From Bugula neritina (Eukaryota > Animalia > Bryozoa), in NCBI GenBank assembly GCA_964035545.1, contig OZ037769.1:16646633-16710632 (forward strand): a stretch of 64,000 nt of DNA, read 5' to 3'. The position numbers and the translations under genes are program-made. Positions 51,935-61,837 of this stretch are shown here, in pieces; the first letter of the stretch is position 1, and each line of letters starts with the position of its first letter. The notes beneath the pieces were generated by a model that had not been told where the DNA came from, did not search any database, and saw nothing but the letters and a program-made list of their open reading frames with translations.

Positions 51935-53008
51935 ATGGAAACGGGCTCGATGCCAGTAAATTCTGAACTAATTCATCAGATTGAATCAGAATTACTGGGA
52001 ACCACGTTTCACGTGAATGACGATGAGGACACTGTAATGGCCGACGGTCTGTTAGACCTGGAGCTAGACACTGTTCTTGGTCAGTCCACACATGATTCAC
52101 TGGTTCCTCGAGTGCATTCTAAAAGTTGTGACTCTCAGGCTAGTAACAGTCGACAGTCACTAGAATTATGTTGTAAAGATCCACCGCGATCTAACAATAA
52201 TTCTACTTTTGTAGACACACTCGCGCCCGTCTCTCCGGGCATGCCTTCTTTAGAGATGGCGTGGGACCCAGAGCCGGCCCCACCAACTTCCACAACCAGA
52301 CAACTGCCACCCCAGTTGGAAGCAACCTCTAACTGGACTACCCCGGCCACAGAGAAAGAGTTTAAGACTCATAGAGGAGATGACAGTAACCGCAAATGTC
52401 GCCTATGTCAGCAGCGGTTTACAACCCACCGTAGGCTGAGAGTCCACTTGCCACAGCATTACATCACAACGTTCTGCCTCTGCGGGGAATATAGTTACAA
52501 TCGTGATTATCTACTGCGTCACCAACGCACTATGCAGTGTTTTCAAGGACACGTCTATGAAGTAGACGAATCATCATATCCCGCATTCCTCAACGCCATC
52601 AGACCCCTCATCACCGACCCAGCTCGGCTGTCTCGCCTGGAGCAAGGCTTTCCCTCCCCTCGACCCATCATCTCTGAAACCATGGATAAGCCTACAAAAT
52701 CAGCTAACTCTCCACCTCTCAGTCCTATACGCTAACCGCATGCACTTCCCCGTGTCGTACTACAGAGGGTAGACACGAAGGCGTATACACTCCCTCCCCC
52801 ACTTCCATCTTCAGAACGGAAAAGGCACAGGCAGCAGACTTTCTCTCGCTCATCCCCTCTGGCCCGCAACTTACGAGAAGTAGAAGCTAGGGCACACGAC
52901 CTGGAGCAAGAAGTATTTAGACTGGCCCCACGCGTGCATGCTGCATCCAGTGAACTCAGGTATCTACAGGAGTCCATCAAACGCATGAGGCGGGCGGCCC
53001 ACGATTAA
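51935..53008 (+). CDS. Gypsy B accessory ORF (C2H2 zinc finger + coiled-coil; one internal stop at 52733-52735)
   Basis: ATG 17 nt after the pol stop, in a different frame; CRLCQQRFTTHRRLRVHLPQH, FCLCG..RH..C; after the stop ARNLREVEARAHDLEQEVFRL...IKRMRR. Confidence 0.65.
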
Positions 53009-54371
53009 CATGAGTCCATCTCCAACTCCATACCACTCCTCCTCTACCTCTCTGTGGCATTCCCTACCGGTACGGTGGCACGTACTCTACATGTAAATAG
53101 GATTTATTACATACTTTTTATCATTCATTGTGCATATTTTTTTTATATATACATGTATATCTAATCAGTTGGTTTTTGTATATACTTTTATATTGTTCTC
53201 TTTCAACCCACCGAGGTGTACGTTTTTTTTATGTGAATTATATTTTTATCAGAAAGAGGGCTTTCTGCTGGAGGGGGCAGTGTGGTGGCTCGTAGAGCTA
53301 CCAGCAACACAATACGCAAGGTTGCGTATTGACCCGGAACGATGTATTAGCCAATTAGCTAGGCTGCTTATGAGTAACAGTAGTAGCTTCGCGCTACTAG
53401 CCGAGTCAAAGATAGTGTAGTGAACTAAATAGATGCGTGTATTTTTAACTGTTGTAAAACAAGCTTTATTATGTATCTTTGTATCTAAATATAACAATTC
53501 CTACTCGACTTATAACGGTGAAGTCTCTCTAGCAGTAAACAGACTCTCTTGGTTGCACATCGACCCTAATTCTGGAAATTTCAACAATAGCTTTTAAAAA
53601 TACATATTATGGCTGAATTAGTTAGGCTATCCTGGAAGTAGAGTTAGTTATTGAGTGCTTCTAATTTAAAATAGTTCGCATATACAAAAAGCCTTTTGAA
53701 CCTGACCAGATACTAAACTCTTTCTAGACTAGGCCATGTTGAATATTTTTCATTTCCCAAATGTCATTTTCAAAATGTCTGTTTTCCAATTGTCCATTTT
53801 CCAAATAGGTGTTTTCCAATTGTCATTTTCGAAATGCCACATATTTGAATCAGTTAGGCTATCATGGAAAGAGAATTAGTTACTGAGTAGTTCTAATCTA
53901 AAATTGCTCTCATTTACAAAACGCTTTCTGAACCCGGCCAGATACTAAACGTCTTCTCTGGACTAGGCCATGTTGATTATTGTAATGGCCAGCGGAACTA
54001 TTACCCCCAGTGCCTCTGATAAACACAATGTAATATATTATGGTTAGGAACAGCAACTCCAAGTCATGCCATCTCTACATGCGGCGGCACCGTCAGTAAA
54101 TACGGACAATACTACGGAGATCTAGGTCGACCAATCAGGGTCGACCACTCACTTATAAACAGCGCCTTCCGGCGCCCACAGTCACTTGAACAGTACTAGT
54201 AACTAACAGGATAACTATATGTAATCACTCTTGTATATTTTCTCGACTCATGTATTTTACTTTTACTCTTGTACTGTTTGCTTAAATATAATTCTCTCAT
54301 TCCTTGATCAACTGGTTTGGTTACTCACATAACCTCACAGCGCAATGCAGTAGTCAATAGTGAAAAATAAT

Positions 54372-54444
54372 TGCCCCCACTGGGAATCGAACCCGAGTCC
54401 TCTGGCTTGCAAGCAAGTGTGCGACCATTATACACCACGGAGGC
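54372..54444 (-). ncRNA. tRNA-like Pol III cassette 1
   Basis: rc GCCTCCGTGGTGTATAATGGTCGCACACTTGCTTGCAAGCCAGAGGACTCGGGTTCGATTCCCAGTGGGGGCA followed by ATTATTTTT. Confidence 0.6.
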
Positions 54445-54598
54445 CACTGGATAAACTCAACACTACATCCCACCCAGTTCTCTGAACTCCACTGGCCTAT
54501 CTACTACTCCTTCAGTCTTCAGGCTCCCTTGGCCACTCAACTCCCTCGGAGTACTACTACTACACATCACTACAGGCCGAAATAGCCTAAAAAATAAT

Positions 54599-54669
54599 TG
54601 CCCCCATTGGGAATCGAACCCGAGTCCTCTGGCTTGCAAGCAAGTGTGCTACCATTACACCACGGAGGC
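54599..54669 (-). ncRNA. tRNA-like Pol III cassette 2
   Basis: rc GCCTCCGTGGTGTAATGGTAGCACACTTGCTTGCAAGCCAGAGGACTCGGGTTCGATTCCCAATGGGGGCA followed by ATTATTTTTT; A/B boxes present, imperfect anticodon arm. Confidence 0.6.
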
Positions 54670-55856
54670 CACTGGGTAAACTCAACACCACAAATAGCAC
54701 GCAACAATACCCACCATCTAGGAGTGCACAAAACTACAACAATATTCTTTATTTTCCAAATGTCTATTTTCCAATTGTCCATGTTCTAATTGTCCATTTT
54801 CCAAATAGGTGTTTTCCAATTGTCATTTTCAAAATATCGCGGATTAATGACTGGGACTGTAAATTTGTAGGAATATGATGCTGGTGATTTGATAGACATA
54901 GAAGGGGGTAAATTAGACTACGCTACTACTTCGTCAGACTACATTGTCATCATAGGAGTAGATGGAGTGTGTGAAGTCACTAGTTTACTACTAAACCGTC
55001 TGAGTTGTAGACCTCCCGACACCAGCCCTGATTATGACCCTAACAACTCTATAACTTACAAGAACCGTGATATCCCCCATATTGAGGTTAGTAACGTATC
55101 ATATTGTAGTAAACTGTGGGTTCTGAATGCAACTAGTGCCTACATGCTCTAGAAAGAATAAGCCAAGTATTTGAGTACAAATGAGGATAACCTTTATTGT
55201 ATCAGATACAGCTTATGTGGTCCTACTACCAGCGAGCTCCAGTAGTAGTCTGAAGCTACACTGGAAACTCGCCTGCTTTTATACACAAGAATTCACATCT
55301 AGAATGTTCCAACAGACAAAAGAAAGTTAAGCTTGACAGTAACAAAAGAAAAATAGACAAAGGAGAATGAATAATTCAATAGGCCAAGAATTTAGCTATA
55401 ATAACAACCTATTGAAGGCATTCATAAAAGCTACACAAATTTCCAGTATCAGTATTAATGCAAAACGATGAAATAGCAAAAAGGGAAAATAACTCTGGAA
55501 ATGCGTATTTAATGAAAATTACATTATACTGAAAGCTTAATCACAATAATAAGGCATTAGAAAGCTAGCCCAACTTAGCTATAATTACAGCATTCAAAAC
55601 GATACGCAACAGTAGTTATAATACTGACTCACGCAGTTAAAAACTAATAGAGGGTGAAAATCCATTACATTCTCCCCCCATCGAAAAGCATCCCCTTTTC
55701 GATAGCAAAACAATGATTCCACACAACAAAAATAAAACACAAACGTAGAAAAATATGCAGTTAACAGGAAAGTATTATGATTAATCACACGTAACACGAG
55801 AATATTTACAGTTCAGTTGGCTATTGCCAGCGGCCCCTGGTTGTCCGGTTTTATCA

Positions 55857-58800
55857 TTAGAGGTGGTGCAACAGGCTTCCTATCTCTTCTGTACTTGGAT
55901 CGAGGATACGGGACCAGGCCTCGATTGCGCTATCCAGGATGCACTCTCGGTAAGGAAGTGCCATACTCTGCCCGTGACGGGGCAATTGTGGGTGGGTTGG
56001 CTGAGTCTGTTCTTCTATCTGGCTGCCTGGTGCTCCAGATATCCGATACTGGCGGGCGACCAGGGCCCGAGGCATTGCCAGTATTGGAGAGTCCTCTTCG
56101 TCTCTGCCTGCGAGGTGGTCGCCGTATAGAGTGCCCTGCTCCTCCCCAGCTGTGAGCTGGAGCTCAACCGGTTCGGGGTCAGGGCCACTAACGCTGGCGG
56201 AACACACCTCGGAAGAGGGGGTGTCGTCCTGCTGGCTGCGGGGAGCCGAAACAGGAGCTGGTGGGGGAGGGGAGTCGGATCGACTGGCCTCCTCGGTATC
56301 CTTACGCTCTTCTGTTTGGGTATCTGGCGAGGTAACTCCCATAGCTGATGCTAGTGTCTGAATAACAGTGTTTAAACTATACTTAGGGTTATCAGGATTA
56401 GAATTTAACTTAAGCTGTAACTCACGTGCTAGCTGTGTGAAATCTTCTTCTTGGTGGAATTCTCCGGGGTGATGGAGGGAATTTCCAGCCAAGATGGGGT
56501 GGTCGTCCGTACTGGGTGGGTTGTCTTCATGAGGGGGCCACTCCAGGTGCCCTACAGCATAGTCTGCCAGATACCTGGGGGGTCTTCTTGACCGCTGGCT
56601 CCTTTCAATTGGAACAGGCACCTGTGGTGTTGGTGGCTCCTGGGCTACCCTAGTAGGGGGGTCCCCGCCTTCACCCAACACGGGGGTGGGGGTGTCCTCC
56701 CCCAGGGAGGGTGGTGGTCCTAGGGCTTGCCGCTGTTCCTGTTCCCGCTCTTCTCTCTGCTGTCGCTCCAGCTGCTCTATCAAGGCGGCCTGCTCCTGGT
56801 CCGACTCTCTGGGAACCACAATTTCCACCTCTCGGGGCTGGGTGGCCCGTCCTCGACGGTTGGGCTGGCGGTGGGGCTCCAGGAGGGGTGGAGCCTCACC
56901 CACTGCGTCTGGGCTGGCATGGTAAGGCTTCAGGCGCTGCTCGCTCTGGACCGAGACCTGTCCAGAGCGCTCCACACGGTATGTGTGGTTGGGCAGCACC
57001 TCCACTACACAGTAGGGACCGACGAACTTGGGCTGAAGCTTAGCCGACTGTCCGCGTCGCCTACGGTAGCTCACCATCCAGACCCAGTCTCCCACTTGGT
57101 ACAACGGGGGCTCTTCCGAGTCCTCTGTGCGGGTCTGCCACTGCTGGGTACGCAGTGCATCATGAGCTTTGCCCATGATGTCTATCAGACCCTCCACATA
57201 TTCGTGTACCGGTGACTCGGGGGCAGGAACATGGTATGTCAGGTGTTCCGGAACCCGCGTCTCTCGGCCTAGCATCAGGAAGTTTGGGGTCTCCTGCGTG
57301 GCGGAGTGTGGTGTGCTGCGGTAAGCCCGCATGATTTGCGGCAGCACCACGTCCCATTCTTCCTGACCTCGACCAAGGAGCAGGCTCCTGAGGGCGTCAC
57401 CCAACATCCTGTTGTTCCGCTCGACGACTCCGTTCCCTTGCGGGTGATATGGGGTGGTCCGACTCTGGTTCACCCCCCATATCCGGCAGAGGTCTCCCAT
57501 GAGCTGGGACTGGAACTGGGCACCCTGGTCCGTATGTATCTGCTCGGGTAAACCGAGGTAACAGAACACATGTTGGTCCAGGGTCCGGGCCACCGTGGGG
57601 GCTGTTGCGTCTGGAATAGCCAGAGCATCTGCCCACCGGGTAAAGTGGTCCGTGAGCACCAGTATCCAGGTGTTCCCTCTGGCGGATAACGGCATAGGCC
57701 CGACGAGGTCTACCGCCACTACTTGCCACGGTCGACCAGCGTATAGCCGGCGTCGACCAGTGGTTTCCGTGGGGCGGCCATGCTTGCTAGCTTGGCAGAC
57801 CTCGCATTGCCGTACCCGCAGTCGTACGTCCCGAGTCATTCCGGGCCAATACCAACGCAGCCGCAGACACCTGATGACCCGACTGACTCCAGAATGAGCC
57901 TGCTTATGGGTGTCCCAGATCAGTTCCCGTCGGAGGGCGCGTGGACAGACGACGCGGTCCCTCTCTTGCTGACGGTTGTCTGCTGCTAACGTTATCATCA
58001 GGAGGCCATCAGGACTGACCTTGAGGGCATCCCAGTGACGACAGAGGAGTTAGAACTCAACGTCTCCCTGCCGCTGCTGTTCCTCGCTAGGTCGTCGGCC
58101 CTCCTTCTTGGCCCGGAAAATGTCCGCTACCGCGCCGGGTAGCGTCTCCTGGAGTCGGCACAGCTCCTTGACATTCTGGTACAGAGTGGGGTTGGCGTGG
58201 AGCGCCTGGACGTCGTCTGAGTGGGTTTCGGTCCGAAGATGGCCGTGCTCCCACCGAAAGACGGCGCCCTCCCCTAACTCTGTTTCCACGTCAAGGCGAG
58301 CGGGTCCCCCGTCCCGCTTCTCAATGTGCAGGCACTGCTTACAGTCTCCTACCGGCCGGCGGCTCATGCCGTCAGCGTTCCCGTGCTTCCGGCCAGCACG
58401 GTGTTCTATCCGGTAAGAGAACTCGGCAAGAATCTCTAGCCAACGAGCCACCTGGCTCGAGGGCTCTGCACGTTTACACAGCCATATCAGTGATGCATGG
58501 TCTGTTCGCAAACGGAACGTTCTCCCATACAGATATGGCCGAAAGTGCTTGACCGCCTTGACTACTGCTAGGAGTTCCTTCCTAGTGGTGCAGTAGTTCT
58601 TTTCGGCGGCCGCGAGAGTCTTGCTGTAGTAAGCTACGACCACTTCACTTCCACCCTGAACTTGAGACAGGACAGCTCCCACGCTGTGGTCGCTGGCGTC
58701 AGTGTCCAGGATGTACTCTTGGGCTGGGTCAGGATACGCCAGAATTGGCGCCTCCATTAGCCGCTGCTTGAGGTGGTCAAATGCCTGCTGCTCCTCCTGT

Positions 58801-60956
58801 GTCCACTGCCACCGGACCCCCTTTGCAGTCAGCCGATTTAACGGCTGAGCCACTCCTGCGAAGCCAGGTATGTACTGCCGGTAGTACCCTACTAGGCCCA
58901 GGAACGCGCGCAACTCAGGGAGGTCACGGGGGACAGTCCACTCCTTCACAGCCTGTACCTTCTCCGGGTCGGTAGCGACCCCGTCACGGCCAACCACATG
59001 GCCAAGGTACGTGACTTCCGGCTGCAGGAGTGCACACTTGGAGGGCTTTAGCTTCAGTCCAGCTGCCCGAAGACGGTCAAAGACCTCCCGCAGACGACTG
59101 ACATGGGTCGAGAAGTCTGGGGAGATGACAATGACGTCGTCCAGATAGATGAGGAGGGTCTTCCAGTGTAACCCACTGAGGACCTGCTCCATGAGCCGTT
59201 GGAAAGTTGCCGGAGCGGACGTTAATCCAAATGGCAGTACTTTCCACTTCCAGAGCCCGTCGCGGGTGATGAATGCTGCTTTATCCTGGGCATCAGGACT
59301 GAGGGGTACTTGCCAGTACCCGCTAAGCAGATCCAAAGTACTGAAGTACTTGCTACCCACGAGGGCATCTAGAGACTCATCTATCCGTGGGAGAGGGTAG
59401 GCGTCCTGGATGGTAACACTGTTGAGTCTGCGGTAGTCCACGCAGAATCTCCAGCTACCATCCTTCTTCTTGACCAGGACTACTGGAGAGCTCCACGCAC
59501 CGTGGGCAGGCTCAATCAGATCCCGGTCGAGAAGATCCTGTACCTGTCGGCTCACCTCCTTCTCCTTCTCCGGGCCTAGACGCCGGGTAGGCTGCCTGAT
59601 GGGAGTGGTGCCGGCTGCCAGGGGTATCTCGTGGGAGATGACCTTGGTCAGCCCCATGTCTCCATCGCCACGACTGAAGACATCACTGTACTCCGCGAGT
59701 AGTTGAGCCAGTACTTGGCGTTCAGTACTACTTGTACAGTTTCCACACGCTCCATCATATAGGTCAGCCATATGCTCTGGGACTGCTCCTCGTCTGGTGT
59801 GAGGGGGGTTCCCCTGGGTGTCGGCCACTGTCTCCAGTGCCGGACCCACATCCGCTTCCTGGATGGAGTGGTACTTCCCCACCAGCGCTCCAGCCGATAA
59901 TCGGACAGGTTCCGTGAAGGGGTTGATGCACTGCACGAGGAGCTCCTGCCGACAATCTAGCCGATTCAGGCTGTTTGCTAGTCGGATCGCTCCGTGCGTT
60001 CCCTCAACCACCCCCAGGCCGGCGATCCCCTTGCAGTTGACTCTGCAGCGAAGAGTCGCCTGGGATCTCCCCGGAACCGTGCAGTCCCGCACTACCTGGA
60101 CTCCGCCCACCAAGGGCCTTCCGAACTTGTCGACGCAGACAAGCTCCTTCCCAGCCATCACCACCACTGACTTCTGGAAATCCATGTGACACTGGTGTTT
60201 CTCCAGAAACGGCATTCCCAGGATGGCGTCCTCCTTCAGCTGGCTGACTATGAACGTCTCGTGAATTGCTTGATCACGGACGCGTCCAGGTAGTGAAATG
60301 ACGCCGTAGAAAGGAATGCATGATCCGTCCGCCAACGTACCATGCGCACCTTCATACGGCTCGAGGCTCGCCCGCTCTCGTGCACCAAGAGTGTCAAAGA
60401 GACGCCTACTCAGCAGGTTGGTAGTGCACCCAGTATCCAGTAGGAATGTGGCAGCTTTACCCGAAATCTTTCCGGGCAGGAAGTAGCTGCTTCCATATGG
60501 CTGGGTGCTCCTGGAGCGGTCAGTCTCTGGGGGAGACACAACTTGGGTCCGCACAGCGGGCCTCCTCTTCGTCTTAGAGACAACGGGGGTTTTCTGAGGT
60601 CGGGAGGGTAGCTTGGGGTACTCTTGCGAGTAAGCTGAATCCTCCTCCACAACCTCCTCGGGCAACCCCGCGAACCGGTTCTGGAGTGGCCAGGCTGGAG
60701 GATCGGGTAGACCTTGCGGTCTCCGAGATCTCCGAGGTGCCTGCCATCCTGCTTCTTCTAGCTGCATCCGGGTCTCGAGTGACGCGGCCGGAGGATCGGG
60801 TAGACCTTGCGGTCTCCGAGGTCTCCGTGGCCTCTGCCACTCGGTATCGGCAGACCCTGTGGAGGTCTCTTCTTCTCCTCTTCGAGTCCTATCCCAGATG
60901 GGATTGGCGTGAGGCCCACGGTTGGCGGAAGTTACCGTGAGCCTTGGGTGTTTAAA
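55857..60956 (-). CDS. pol: Gypsy C pol (PR-RT-RH-IN; in-frame TAA at 58050-58052), entered by -1 frameshift
   Basis: LLDTGC, YLDD, DTDAS, HHCC (HKQAH..CEVC), DLVGP, HTDQG, HPQGNG, GPY; the frame is open from 60956. Confidence 0.92.
60912..60956 (-). promoter_or_regulatory. -1 ribosomal frameshift signal of Gypsy C
   Basis: T TTA AAC + 5-nt spacer + 11-bp stem AGGCTCACGGT/ACCGTGGGCCT; the -1 frame is open into pol. Confidence 0.8.
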
Positions 60957-61837
60957 GGCCCTTGGCCTCTAGGGCAGTGCCTCCTCACGTGCCCTTGCGC
61001 CCCGCACCCCCAACAGGTTAGCAGAGATGGGTGGACAGGGTTGTCCCGTGAACGGGGAGCCCGCCTATCCGCCTGTTCGTTCTGCAACTTCGTCACCGTA
61101 GCCTGCAGGCCTTTCATCATGTCCATTAACATGGTGAGCTGCGTCTGCTCGGGTGATTTAGTTGCAGCTGCTGCTACCTGTGGAGTTGGAAGTGGAGTGG
61201 TCTCCTCATGCTCCTCGACCACTTGGCGGGCTGTATAGCTCGGTCGCCTAGGCTCTTCCACCTAGAAGTAAGCCTTCCCCATTTCCAGCGCTTCCTCTAT
61301 ACTGTTGACCTTGGCGGCCAGCCAGTATCGCTGCAGGTCCGGGTGATTCACGCTCCGGAAGAACGCGTTATAAACGAGGCGCTTCCGGTCGTCGCCAGTG
61401 GCTTGACCGAAAGCAGCCTGAGCCAGGCGCTCTACCTCGTTAGCGTGATCTTCCAGAGGAGTCTTCCGGTCTCTCCTCATTATCTGCAAACGATCAGTTG
61501 CTTCTTCGGCTGTTAGGCCGAACCGGGCTCTGAGAGCCCGCATGATGTGCTCTTCATCAGGCCCAAGAGCGAAGCTCTTGGCCCGGCCTGTCAGACAGGC
61601 CCGGAGTTGGAGGATGCGCACCCGTACTGGCCATTCAGCGATGGTGGCCACATCCTGGAACTCCCTGATAAATTGCTCTACGTCTCCTTCTCCTCCGAAA
61701 TTCGGGGGCTGGAGGCGATACCTGTCACCAGGTGATGCCTGTCCTTGCCCTTGCAATCCCTGGAGGACTGTGACCAGCGCCTCAACAGTGAGGGCTGGTG
61801 GTGTTGCTGCCTCAGGGGCTGAGTCCCCTGGGGCCAT
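60932..61837 (-). CDS. gag: Gypsy C gag with zinc knuckle (in-frame TAG at 61262-61264)
   Basis: PPNFGGEGDVEQFIREF; CWGCGAQGHVRRHC. Confidence 0.85.

Larger units (their letters stand above)
45898..53586 (+). mobile_element. Ty3/Gypsy LTR retrotransposon B (same family as A; likely recombinant)
   Basis: LTRs 45898-46204 and 53281-53586, tRNA-Leu-type PBS 46206-46223 (TGGTGGCAGCAGTGGGAT), gag 46238-47104, pol fragments 47278-51917, ~500-bp integrase deletion at ~50607, accessory ORF, PPT GGAGGGGGCAG. Confidence 0.95.
53981..54741 (+). mobile_element. 761-bp LTR-like insertion containing two tRNA-like cassettes
   Basis: TGTAATGG...CTACAACA, flanks TTAT/ATAT; interrupts the repeat seen intact at 53731-53770. 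Confidence 0.7.
53587..54859 (-). mobile_element. Truncated TA-flanked MITE with internal ~230-bp and ~15-bp repeats, next to the exon 14 acceptor
   Basis: Right end ...ACTGGGACTG|TA (rc TA|CAGTCCCAGT); repeated ttttccaattgtc units; duplicated block ~53620-53760 / ~53852-53980. Confidence 0.5.

Noticed and set aside
54372-54669. Bona fide tRNA genes (Ala/Cys/Gln)
   Set aside because: The anticodon arm is mispaired with a 6-nt loop and the copies are embedded in a mobile insert; reported as tRNA-like only.
61262-61264. Programmed stop read-through in gag
   Set aside because: The related element B has sense codons there and a separate -1 frameshift signal explains pol expression; a point mutation is more likely.
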